Shown: positions 21,367 to 30,178 of the stretch, in pieces
How the letters are laid out: every line of letters starts with the position of its first letter
How positions within the stretch are numbered: the stretch's first letter is position 1
Position numbers and translations under genes: made by a program
Virus record (IMG/VR): IMGVR_UViG_3300042352_001346
Location: 16,909-80,908 of that record
Direction: 5' to 3' (one strand)
Origin: a virus
DNA: 64,000 nucleotides
The notes under the pieces: model-generated
Seen by the model: the letters and a program-made list of their open reading frames with translations, nothing else
Told to the model about the DNA's origin: nothing
Database searches by the model: none

Positions 21367-21781
21367 TTGTAATGCTGATAGATTAAATAAAAATGCTTCT
21401 GCAATAATAAAAAAAGAAGAAAATGATGAAAAAGAAAGATTATTAAAAGAAGCTTATAAAATAGTTGATGCAAGAGAACAAATTTGTTCTGGTTGTGGAC
21501 AAGTACAACATTTAAGTAGGTCGCATATTATCAGACGTAGTAAAAATAGTGATTTAATAGCAGAACCTGATAATATTGTTTTAGATTGTTTATTTAGAAT
21601 AAATCCTGATAAATTTGGTAATGAAGGTTGTCATTCTAGATGGGAATCTAATAATATTGAGAAAATGTTAACTTTAAACAATTTTCAAGAAAGAATGAAT
21701 TATTTAAAGTATAATGATAAAAGTATATATAATACTCTTTTAGATAAATATAATTTATGGCGGAACAAACAGCAACAATAA
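21275..21781 (+). CDS. NinG/HNH-like zinc-binding nuclease
   Basis: CSGCG...SHII...DNIVLDC...CHSRWE. Confidence 0.55.
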   Translation: MMSVNKEPCKGKEGMCNNTLIVNKRYHLCPNCNADRLNKNASAIIKKEENDEKERLLKEAYKIVDAREQICSGCGQVQHLSRSHIIRRSKNSDLIAEPDNIVLDCLFRINPDKFGNEGCHSRWESNNIEKMLTLNNFQERMNYLKYNDKSIYNTLLDKYNLWRNKQQQ

Positions 21782-22200
21782 TAAAAATATTTAGAGAATT
21801 ATCTACAATAGCACACATGTTAGAAGATGATTATCTTAAAAGTATTTTAGATAAAGTTGAATTAATTTCAGAAGAAGATTTATTAAAAGCATTAAAAACT
21901 TATATTATTGATTTTGATTCATCAATAGATGATGAAGAAGAAGATAAATATAAACGTAAATGGATTAGAATTGGAATGAATTTATTTGAAACCAAATTTT
22001 TAAATGAGGTTGGTATTAGAGATGAATTTCCACAATTTGGTGAAGAAATGTTATATTATATTATTATTAATGAAACAACTAATGTTGATTTTTCAATACA
22101 AAATAAAAAAATATTATTTCCATCCAAAGAAGAACGTGATACTGAATTTGAAAAAATAGCATCAAGATTAGATAAATTAAATATTGTAGTAAAATCTTAA
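21757..22200 (+). CDS. Hypothetical protein
   Basis: 147-aa acidic ORF. Confidence 0.5.
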   Translation: MAEQTATIIKIFRELSTIAHMLEDDYLKSILDKVELISEEDLLKALKTYIIDFDSSIDDEEEDKYKRKWIRIGMNLFETKFLNEVGIRDEFPQFGEEMLYYIIINETTNVDFSIQNKKILFPSKEERDTEFEKIASRLDKLNIVVKS

Positions 22201-22210
22201 ATTGTAAAAT

Positions 22211-22915
22211 ATGGCAGCAAAACATAATCATGACTTTATTGTTATGGATTTAGAAACAGGTGGTATGAATCCTAGAAAGCATCCTATCTGTTCAATTGCT
22301 TTAATAGTTTTAAATAATGATTTAGAAGAGCAAGAAAAATATTCAGCTTTTATAAAACCTTATAATTCTGAATTAATTTATACAGAAGAAGCTTATGAAG
22401 TTCATGGTTTAACTAAAGAATTTTTAGAAAAAGATGGTAAAGATATTAAAGTAGTATTTAAAGAAATATGTGCTATATTTAAAAAATATAAACATTATTT
22501 TTATAAACCAATTTTAGTAGGTCATAATTTATCTAAATTTGATATTGGTGGAGGTATTAATAATATGATACCTGGTAAAAATGATTTTTTAGGTGGTTTT
22601 TTATCTTATATGTGGGAAGAAATGTTTAAAGATAATATTTATAACTATGTTGAAAATTTTATTTTTGATACATTATTTTATGCTAAATTTTGTTTAAAAG
22701 ATGCTCAAGAAAATGATATTGATGTATCAGATATTAAACTTGTTACGTTATGTGAATTATTTGGTATTCAAGCATCTGATGCTCATGATGCTAGTAATGA
22801 TGTTGAAATGAATAAAGAATTATTTAAATTTTTTATGAATTATTTGAAAGGTAATAAAGATATTATTAATAAAGAACAAAAAACAAAAGCAAGGATTAAT
22901 TTTCATATAGGTTAA
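22211..22915 (+). CDS. DEDDh 3'-5' exonuclease (DNA polymerase III epsilon-like)
   Basis: DLETGG, GHNLSKFD and HDASND exonuclease I-III motifs. Confidence 0.85.
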   Translation: MAAKHNHDFIVMDLETGGMNPRKHPICSIALIVLNNDLEEQEKYSAFIKPYNSELIYTEEAYEVHGLTKEFLEKDGKDIKVVFKEICAIFKKYKHYFYKPILVGHNLSKFDIGGGINNMIPGKNDFLGGFLSYMWEEMFKDNIYNYVENFIFDTLFYAKFCLKDAQENDIDVSDIKLVTLCELFGIQASDAHDASNDVEMNKELFKFFMNYLKGNKDIINKEQKTKARINFHIG

Positions 22916-22916
22916 T

Positions 22917-24584
22917 ATGTCTGCAATAGGTGGTTCAGTATATAATACATATAAATCTTTAAGTATAACTCAAGTTACTAATGTTTTTAAACAAGTAGAA
23001 GAGATTATTAGCTTAATGGATGATTATGCTGTGAAAGAAATATTTTCCGGTAATGAAAAAGATATAGATAAACTTCTTGATGTAATGTTTGAAACTACAA
23101 AAGAAGCTTTATATTTTAATCAAGGTCCTATAAAATCACATTCATTTGGTTATTTAGATAAATTAACTGACCAATTTGATGAACAGTTAAAAATACGTAG
23201 TTTTAATTATTTTATAACTTCTGTATTACCTACTTTTGAAATGTCTTTCCACCATTTAGAATGGGGAAATTTAGTTCAATTATATAGATTTCTATGTATA
23301 GAAGCTGCTCGTGACCATTCTAAAAGTTTTACATTTAGTTTTGCATATCCATTATGGAAACTTTATAGATATAGACGTGAAAATTTTGGAATACGTAATT
23401 ATGAAAATTTATTAAATAAAAAAGGAATGATTATTACCAATGAACATTCATTGGCTAAAGATTTTCTTAAAATAATATCAGATGAAGTTGAAAGTAATCC
23501 AATATTAAGAGAAAAAATTTATTGTAAAAATACTTGGGGTAAAGAAGAAATTACTACTCAACAAGGTGCTGAATTAAAAGTAAAAGGTGCAGGTTCAGCG
23601 TTACGTGGACGTCACCCTGGTTGGATGGTTATAGATGATTTTTTAAATGATGAAGTATTATATTCTCCAATACAAAATACAAAATATAATAGTTTCTTTC
23701 AATCAGTAATTATGAATATGATTGTTCCAAAAGGACAAATCATAGTTGTAGGTACACCTTATACTGAAAATGACCTTTATTCTGTACTTAAAAAAGATAA
23801 ACGTTGGAGAGTATTTGAATATCCTGCTATATTTCCTGATGGTAGATTACTCTGGCCTACACGTTATACATTACAAGAAATACTTGATAAAAAAGAATCA
23901 CAAGGTAATATAATTTTTTCAAGAGAAATACTTGTTAGACCAATTGCTAGTGATAGTTCAATTTTTCCTTGGAAAATATTAGAAACAAGTTTCATAAATA
24001 TGGGAGAAATAAAGTTAGTTGAAAACTTTTATTCTCATCCTATGAAATTTAAGAAAATAGTAATGGGTTGTGACTTTGCTATTAGTTCAGAAGTTGGAGC
24101 CGATTATTCTGTATTTACTACAATAGGTATTGATGATTTAGATAATTATTGGTTATTAAATCAATGGACAGGTAAAGGTGTTAGCTATAATGAACAAATA
24201 GCTAAAATGAAAGAATTATATAGAAACTTCAAACATAATTTAATTATGTGTGAAGATAATGCTTTTCAAAGTGTTATGTTGGGATTAGCTAAGGAAGCAG
24301 GTATAAAAGTAGTACCACATACAACAGGTGTTAATAAATATGATTTGAAAACAGGACTTCCTGGTCTTGCTACTTTATTTGAACAAGGACGTATGAAGTT
24401 ACCTCGTGGTGATGAATATAGTAAAAATGTAAGTAATGAAATTTGTACCCAATTAAATAGTTTTACTTTTATGGAAAATAAAATTAAATCTGTAGCACAA
24501 CATGACGACCAAGCTATGAGTATCTGGATTGCAGTTAAAGCTGCTAGTTATGTTACAAAAAACTTCAATTATGGGTTCTTATAA
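22917..24584 (+). CDS. Terminase large subunit
   Basis: Walker A variant AARDHSKS, LRGRHP..MVIDD, VGTP; RNase H-like nuclease motifs GCDFA, DYS, HDD. Confidence 0.85.
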   Translation: MSAIGGSVYNTYKSLSITQVTNVFKQVEEIISLMDDYAVKEIFSGNEKDIDKLLDVMFETTKEALYFNQGPIKSHSFGYLDKLTDQFDEQLKIRSFNYFITSVLPTFEMSFHHLEWGNLVQLYRFLCIEAARDHSKSFTFSFAYPLWKLYRYRRENFGIRNYENLLNKKGMIITNEHSLAKDFLKIISDEVESNPILREKIYCKNTWGKEEITTQQGAELKVKGAGSALRGRHPGWMVIDDFLNDEVLYSPIQNTKYNSFFQSVIMNMIVPKGQIIVVGTPYTENDLYSVLKKDKRWRVFEYPAIFPDGRLLWPTRYTLQEILDKKESQGNIIFSREILVRPIASDSSIFPWKILETSFINMGEIKLVENFYSHPMKFKKIVMGCDFAISSEVGADYSVFTTIGIDDLDNYWLLNQWTGKGVSYNEQIAKMKELYRNFKHNLIMCEDNAFQSVMLGLAKEAGIKVVPHTTGVNKYDLKTGLPGLATLFEQGRMKLPRGDEYSKNVSNEICTQLNSFTFMENKIKSVAQHDDQAMSIWIAVKAASYVTKNFNYGFL

Positions 24585-24603
24585 TACTAAAATTAAAGAA
24601 AAA

Positions 24604-24636
24604 TTTGGAAATTTAAAATTTTCTTCGTACATTTTG
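24604..24636 (+). promoter_or_regulatory. Probable promoter (variant -7 element)
   Basis: TTTGGAAATTT...TTCGTACATTTTG upstream of 24702. Confidence 0.5.
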
Positions 24637-24701
24637 TGTCGCAAAAGGTTAACGACCTTAAAAATCAAATCAAAAATTAATTAATCACAAAAACAAAAAA
24701 C

Positions 24702-25151
24702 ATGAAAAAAACAATTGTTTTGATGTTTATGGCTGTATTCAGCCTAGTTGCCTATAATGGCATTGCTTCTTACAAACCTGATAAGTTTGAAGTGCAAAAA
24801 GAAGTAAGTAATGTTCAACTTGAACAAGTTTACTCTTTTGAAAATATAAATCAAGTAGTAGTTTTTGAAAGAACTTCTATTCAAGATGAAAGTTTTACAA
24901 AAGTAGAAAATTTTAGACCTGTAGAAGATGTAGGTTTAATTAAGTATCAAAATATTTATATTAATAAAGAAATAATTACTGCCGTTCATTTATACTTAAC
25001 CCAACTTAAATTTGCCTTTATAGACCCTGGACTAAATTTAACAGTTGTTAGTATATATAATGAAAATAAAACTACTGAAATTAATAAATTACTTGATACA
25101 CCCTACCCACCTGGCTTATTTTTAAAACAAAATTCTAAAAATAATATTTAA
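24702..25151 (+). CDS. Secreted/periplasmic hypothetical protein
   Basis: MKK-hydrophobic-AxxxxA signal peptide; own promoter and terminator. Confidence 0.5.
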   Translation: MKKTIVLMFMAVFSLVAYNGIASYKPDKFEVQKEVSNVQLEQVYSFENINQVVVFERTSIQDESFTKVENFRPVEDVGLIKYQNIYINKEIITAVHLYLTQLKFAFIDPGLNLTVVSIYNENKTTEINKLLDTPYPPGLFLKQNSKNNI

Positions 25152-25174
25152 GTTGCCTGTTTAATAATAGATCT

Positions 25175-25212
25175 AAAAATGCTATCCATTTATAATTATG
25201 GATAGCATTTTT
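25175..25212 (+). terminator. Intrinsic terminator
   Basis: AAAAATGCTATCCA-loop-TGGATAGCATTTTT perfect inverted repeat. Confidence 0.8.
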
Positions 25213-25226
25213 GTATAAAAGAAAAA

Positions 25227-25321
25227 TTTGGAGATTTTCTCTTTTTTTCGTACCTTCGCAGGAGAAATTAAGAATACAAATATATTAATTTCTAATTGTA
25301 AATTAACTAAAATTGTAAAAA
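25227..25321 (+). promoter_or_regulatory. Promoter plus conserved hairpin/tandem ATTGTAAA leader
   Basis: TTTG (25227), TAccTTCG (25251), AGAAATTAA/TTAATTTCT stem, boxes at 25295 and 25312. Confidence 0.7.
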
Positions 25322-26914
25322 ATGACTCCTTCTCCACTTCAACAAAACATTGCTAATTGTTTTTCAAATGAAAATTGTAATATTGTAATTGATGCTTTAG
25401 CTGGTTCAGGTAAAACAACTTTACTTAAAATATTATCTAATTTAATTCCTGCTGATGAAAAAGCAGCATTTTCAGCTTTTAATAAATCAATTGCTGATGA
25501 ATTAAAAGAAAAAATCTCAAAACCAAATGTTGAGATTGGAACTATGCATAGTTTTGGTTGGAAAGCAATTATTAGAACTTATCTTAAACCTGTTGTTAAA
25601 AATAACAAAATTGGAGATATTTGTTATAATTTTTTACCATCATGGTCTGCATCAGATGGTGTACAATTAGGTGCTGATTATTTACAAAAAATTAAAAAAA
25701 TAGTTGATTTAGCTAGATTAAGTTTAGCTGATACAGAAGTAGCTTTAGAAGCTATTGCTGAAAGACATGATATTGAATTAACAAATGGTGAATGTAAAAG
25801 AGCATTAGAAGTGTTAAGAATATCTAATCAAGATAAAAAGAATTTTGATTTTACAGATATGATTTATATTGCAGCAACTGACCCAAGAGTTAAGTTGAAT
25901 AAATATAATCATTTTTTTGTTGATGAATGTCAAGATTTGAGTCTTGCTCAACAATTAATGATTGAAAAATCATTATTGCCAGGTGGAAGATTTGTAGCTG
26001 TAGGTGATAAAAGACAAGCAATTTATGGTTTTGCAGGTGCTGATTCTGAAAGTTTTGAAACACTTTGCAATAAACCAAATACACTTGTTTTACCTCTTTC
26101 TGTAAATTATCGTTGTGCTAAATCTATTATTAAACTTGCTCAAAGTTTAGTACCAAATATTCAAGCACATGATGGTGCTATAGAAGGTTTAATTGATTTT
26201 ACAGCTTCATATAGAAATATTAAGCAAGGTGATTTTGTACTTTGTAGAAATACTGCTCCATTAGTTAAATTATGTTTGCAATTTATTCGTGAAGGTAGAA
26301 AAGCTTATGTTAAAGGTGGTGATATAGGTACAAATTTATTAAATATTATTAAAAAATCAAAAGCTGATACTATTGAAGAATTAAAAAGTAAATTAACTGA
26401 TGAATTATTTAAAATATTTGATAAGTTAAAAAAGAAATTTCCATACCTTAGTGATGAAGATATTAAAGCTGAAAATGCATATTTTTTATTTTATGAAAAA
26501 AGATTAGTTATTAATACTATAATTAATAGTGGTGTTAATATTAAATCTGTTCAAGATGTTAGTAATTGTATAGCAAGTATTTTTGCTGATGAAAAAGAAG
26601 GTATAATATTTTCAACTGTACATAAAGCAAAAGGTTTAGAATCAAATAATGTTTATATTATATGTCCGGAACTTATGCCATCTAAACGTGCTAAAAAACA
26701 ATGGCAAAAAGAACAAGAGCAAAATTTAATATATGTAGCTTATACAAGAGCAAAACAATATTTAGGTTTTGTTACTGATTTTGAATTTCAAAAGAAGAAA
26801 AAAGTTGATTATAATACAGAAGATGTAACTGGTACTATGATGGAAGATGATAATAATATAGATGAACATTTAGTTATAAATAATAATGATTTTGGTTCTA
26901 AAAGTATATTATAA
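25322..26914 (+). CDS. UvrD/Rep-like superfamily 1 helicase
   Basis: ALAGSGKT, VDECQD, VGDKRQAIYGFAGA, NYRC, STVHKAKGLE, YVAYTRAK. Confidence 0.9.
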   Translation: MTPSPLQQNIANCFSNENCNIVIDALAGSGKTTLLKILSNLIPADEKAAFSAFNKSIADELKEKISKPNVEIGTMHSFGWKAIIRTYLKPVVKNNKIGDICYNFLPSWSASDGVQLGADYLQKIKKIVDLARLSLADTEVALEAIAERHDIELTNGECKRALEVLRISNQDKKNFDFTDMIYIAATDPRVKLNKYNHFFVDECQDLSLAQQLMIEKSLLPGGRFVAVGDKRQAIYGFAGADSESFETLCNKPNTLVLPLSVNYRCAKSIIKLAQSLVPNIQAHDGAIEGLIDFTASYRNIKQGDFVLCRNTAPLVKLCLQFIREGRKAYVKGGDIGTNLLNIIKKSKADTIEELKSKLTDELFKIFDKLKKKFPYLSDEDIKAENAYFLFYEKRLVINTIINSGVNIKSVQDVSNCIASIFADEKEGIIFSTVHKAKGLESNNVYIICPELMPSKRAKKQWQKEQEQNLIYVAYTRAKQYLGFVTDFEFQKKKKVDYNTEDVTGTMMEDDNNIDEHLVINNNDFGSKSIL

Positions 26915-26921
26915 AATAAAA

Positions 26922-26953
26922 TTTGGTTAATTTAAAAATTTTTCATATCTTTG
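26922..26953 (+). promoter_or_regulatory. Bacteroidota-type promoter
   Basis: TTTG (26922) + 20 nt + TAtcTTTG (26946). Confidence 0.7.
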
Positions 26954-26971
26954 TATAAATAAAATTGTAAC

Positions 26972-27874
26972 ATGTTTTCATATTGTTGTATTAATACAGA
27001 ATTGCAAAAGCAAGGAATAACTACAAATCGTACTATACGTAAAGACCGTTTTGAAAAAGAAGGTTTAAAATTATGCGGTGAATTAGCTTTAGCTAATTTA
27101 ACTGATTTAGTAAAAATTTTAAGTTGGAATAATGAAAATAATATAAAATGTTTTCGTTTAAGTTCAACTATATTTCCTTGGTCTAGTCAATATAATATAG
27201 AAGATTTACCTAATTATAATTGTATAAAAGAACAATTAATATTTATAGGTAAATTTATTCAAATACATGATATTCGTGTATCTTTTCATCCTGACCATTT
27301 TTGTGTTTTAGGTTCAGATAGAGAAAAAATTGCTTTGAAAGCTGCAAAAGATATTAATTTTCATAGTCAATTATTTGATTTAATGGGATTAGAACAATCT
27401 CATAAGTATCCCATTAATATACATGTAGGTACTACAAAAGGTGGTAAAGAAAAAGCTGCTCTTAGATTTTGTATTGCTTATGAATTATATTTATCCGAAG
27501 GAGCAAAGAAAAGATTTGTAGTTGAAAATGACGACCATCCTACAGAGTTTACTCCGGAAGATTTATACAATATGATTTGGCGTAAAATACAAATTCCTAT
27601 AACATTTGATTATTATCATAATAAATTAAATCCAGGCAAATTAAATGAAATGTCTGCTTTTAAATTATGTTATATGACTTGGAAAAATGTTAAACCTTTA
27701 TTTCATTACTCAAGTTCAATGAGAGAAGAATATAAAGATAATGCTATAAAAATAACTGCTCATAGTAATTATATTTTAGAAGAAATTAATATTTATTTAG
27801 ATGTAGATATTGATTTAGAAGCAAAAATGAAAGAACAAGCAGTATTAAGGTATTTAAATACTTTTAATAAATAA
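26972..27874 (+). CDS. uvsE: UV damage endonuclease (UVDE)
   Basis: YCCIN, FRLSS, SFHPDHF, INIHVG, VEND, FDYYH, HYSS, EAKMKE. Confidence 0.9.
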   Translation: MFSYCCINTELQKQGITTNRTIRKDRFEKEGLKLCGELALANLTDLVKILSWNNENNIKCFRLSSTIFPWSSQYNIEDLPNYNCIKEQLIFIGKFIQIHDIRVSFHPDHFCVLGSDREKIALKAAKDINFHSQLFDLMGLEQSHKYPINIHVGTTKGGKEKAALRFCIAYELYLSEGAKKRFVVENDDHPTEFTPEDLYNMIWRKIQIPITFDYYHNKLNPGKLNEMSAFKLCYMTWKNVKPLFHYSSSMREEYKDNAIKITAHSNYILEEINIYLDVDIDLEAKMKEQAVLRYLNTFNK

Positions 27875-28713
27875 TGAAAATTTATATAGAATATCAAGCA
27901 CTTTCAGATAGAGAAAATATAATTGCTGAAATATCTCTAGATAAAAATTTTTATGAAAAACTTGATAAAGAAGATAGATTTGGTAAATATTTACAAGATA
28001 CTTATGATTTAGAAATTATACAAGGGTGGGAGGTTTTTAATGAATCATTTACTGAAAGATTATATTCTCTTTTAGTACAAACTTTTAAAGATAAAAATAA
28101 AATTGCTGATTTTTTAAAAGTTTGTCAAGAATTAAAAGATTATTTATTTAAATTTCCATATAATGAAAGAATTGAATTTTTAACAAAAATGTTTTCTCTA
28201 TTATATAAAGCTTATAATCAAGGAGGTAATTTTGTTTTAAATCAAATTAATTCTGCCATAGATAAAGAAAAATTTGGAGAGTTTGAAAAATCTTCGTACC
28301 TTTGCGGTAATAAAAAAATTGTAAAAATGTCTAAGAATTGTAAATTTGTAAGAACTGTAGGACTTCAAAATCTAGAAGGTTATCATATTAAAGTAAAATG
28401 TTCTACTTGTGGCATTGAAGCTATTTATTTTCAAGAAAATGAAAATGATATTCGTTTATTTAATCCAATTACAAACGAATATGATATTAAAGTTGACTCA
28501 ACAACTGTATGTGAAGGACAAAAGTATCTTGATGATAAGAAAAAATCAGATGCTTTAAAATCAATTCAAATACGTAAAGGTAGTACTGTAAAAACAAACG
28601 ATTTTATAGGTAAAATTATAAAATATAATTCAAATGTTGATATTTGGATTGAAGCACATAATGGTCCTCAACCTATTAAAAAAGAACAAATTATTGAATT
28701 AATAGAGTATTAA
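27874..28713 (+). CDS. Hypothetical protein; contains an internal promoter and in-frame start at 28327
   Basis: Continuous 279-aa ORF; internal promoter at 28273-28304 and ATTGTAAAAATG start. Confidence 0.55.
   Translation: MKIYIEYQALSDRENIIAEISLDKNFYEKLDKEDRFGKYLQDTYDLEIIQGWEVFNESFTERLYSLLVQTFKDKNKIADFLKVCQELKDYLFKFPYNERIEFLTKMFSLLYKAYNQGGNFVLNQINSAIDKEKFGEFEKSSYLCGNKKIVKMSKNCKFVRTVGLQNLEGYHIKVKCSTCGIEAIYFQENENDIRLFNPITNEYDIKVDSTTVCEGQKYLDDKKKSDALKSIQIRKGSTVKTNDFIGKIIKYNSNVDIWIEAHNGPQPIKKEQIIELIEY
28273..28326 (+). promoter_or_regulatory. Intragenic promoter and ATTGTAAA box
   Basis: TTTGGAGAG...TCTTCG-TAccTTTG-CGG...ATTGTAAAAATG, matching the intergenic copies. Confidence 0.7.
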
Positions 28714-28714
28714 T

Positions 28715-28852
28715 ATGTTAAAGAATATATTAGATAAATTTATACTTTGTTGGGGGTGTAGAAAAAAATTAACTATTAATTTTAAAAAAGGTGATACACA
28801 AATAGAAATAATTTGTACTTATTGTGATAAAATTAATAAAGTAAAATTATGA
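28715..28852 (+). CDS. Small zinc-ribbon protein (45 aa)
   Basis: Not in the ORF track; MLKNILDKFILCWGCRKKL...IEIICTYCDKINKVKL. Confidence 0.6.
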   Translation: MLKNILDKFILCWGCRKKLTINFKKGDTQIEIICTYCDKINKVKL

Positions 28853-29025
28853 CTGTAGGTGAAGCAACTAAAAAACTTTTAAAACTTGGTTATATTCAAC
28901 TAAATCAAGTAGGTTCACATATTAAATTTGGTAAAGATAATGATAGAATTACTTTATTAAAAAGAAAAAGTGATAAAGAACTCGTTAATCCTGCAATTGT
29001 TAAAAAAATAAATTCATTAATATGA
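28849..29025 (+). CDS. HicA-like small protein (58 aa)
   Basis: Not in the ORF track; KKLLKLGY...QVGSHIKF motif; ATGA overlaps on both sides. Confidence 0.65.
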   Translation: MTVGEATKKLLKLGYIQLNQVGSHIKFGKDNDRITLLKRKSDKELVNPAIVKKINSLI

Positions 29026-29330
29026 GTAAGTTATATTATAAATACATTATTGTTGATGGTGGTCCTATTTTATTTTCTGACAAAGTATCCCATCTTCAAG
29101 TAGGTGAAGGTTTTTTAAAATCTAAAGCTACTATATATAGTGCAGGATTTTGTTGTATTGAATTTATAGAAGATGAAGAAGTACCTAAAGTAATATGTAG
29201 TGGTAGAAGTGATTCTTTAAATATTGAATCTCACTCTCAAAATGATGCTATTGTTATTACAGATTTTTTTAAACAATTGAGTGCAGTTAAATATCATTTA
29301 TTAGTGATAAAAGATTTATATGGAAAGTAA
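29022..29330 (+). CDS. Hypothetical protein
   Basis: 102 aa; H...SAGF...G.SDSL pattern. Confidence 0.5.
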   Translation: MSKLYYKYIIVDGGPILFSDKVSHLQVGEGFLKSKATIYSAGFCCIEFIEDEEVPKVICSGRSDSLNIESHSQNDAIVITDFFKQLSAVKYHLLVIKDLYGK

Positions 29331-29859
29331 AAAATATAAATTACCAGGTCATAAAGGTAAATTTATGAAAGGACAATCTTCTCAATACCAAATTGCAATG
29401 GAGAAGTCTATAATTAAAAATTTAGAACGTAAACCTAAAAATAAAGAAATGAAAGTAGCAATTATAGGTAGTCGCACATTTCAAAATAAAAATAGTTTGT
29501 TTTTAGCACTTAATGATTTTAGAAGAGTATTAAGAGCAACTAAACATACTGATATTACAGAAATAGTATCAGGTGGTGCACAAGGTGCTGATTTTTTAGC
29601 AGAAGAATATGCTAATGAATCTAAAATTAAGAAAACTATATTTAAAGCTGATTGGAGTGATATGTCTTTACCATGTTCTAAAAAAACAAATGCACAAGGT
29701 AAAGAATATAATGCTTTAGCTGGTTTTAAAAGAAATACACAAATAATAGATTATTGTGACCAAGTAATTGCATTTTGGGATGGTAAAAGTCCAGGTACTC
29801 GTGATAGTATTGAAAAAGCTAAAGCACAAAATAAACCTGTTAAAATTGTAAAAATTTAA
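29320..29859 (+). CDS. SLOG-superfamily (DUF2493/YspA-like) protein
   Basis: IIGSR, VSGGAQGAD, AGFKRN, AFWDGKSPGT; the real start may be the internal MKVAIIG. Confidence 0.75.
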   Translation: MESKKYKLPGHKGKFMKGQSSQYQIAMEKSIIKNLERKPKNKEMKVAIIGSRTFQNKNSLFLALNDFRRVLRATKHTDITEIVSGGAQGADFLAEEYANESKIKKTIFKADWSDMSLPCSKKTNAQGKEYNALAGFKRNTQIIDYCDQVIAFWDGKSPGTRDSIEKAKAQNKPVKIVKI

Positions 29860-29861
29860 AT

Positions 29862-30176
29862 ATGGTAGAAAATAAATTTATTGTTGGAGATATTTTTAAA
29901 TTAAAAGTTGAATGTTTATATAATCCTATTGGTACAATAGGAGTTTGTTATGCTCAATATGATAATGGAATTTCTGTTATTTTTGAAAATGGCAAATATG
30001 ATGGTTTTAGTTTATCTAAAGATATAGTATTAGGAGGTAGAAGTGAAGTTGAGATGTATTTAGAAAAAATTAATCATAGTGAAGAATTATCTGATTATTA
30101 TTTTAAAAATGTAATCAGATTAACAGAAGATTTTAGAAAAGGATATTTTCATAACGCATTTAATTCTTTGTATTAA
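29862..30176 (+). CDS. Hypothetical protein
   Basis: 104-aa ORF. Confidence 0.5.
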   Translation: MVENKFIVGDIFKLKVECLYNPIGTIGVCYAQYDNGISVIFENGKYDGFSLSKDIVLGGRSEVEMYLEKINHSEELSDYYFKNVIRLTEDFRKGYFHNAFNSLY

Positions 30177-30178
30177 AG

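Noticed and set aside
22917-24584. Terminase located away from head genes as a novelty
   Set aside because: Dispersed packaging genes are common in large myoviruses.
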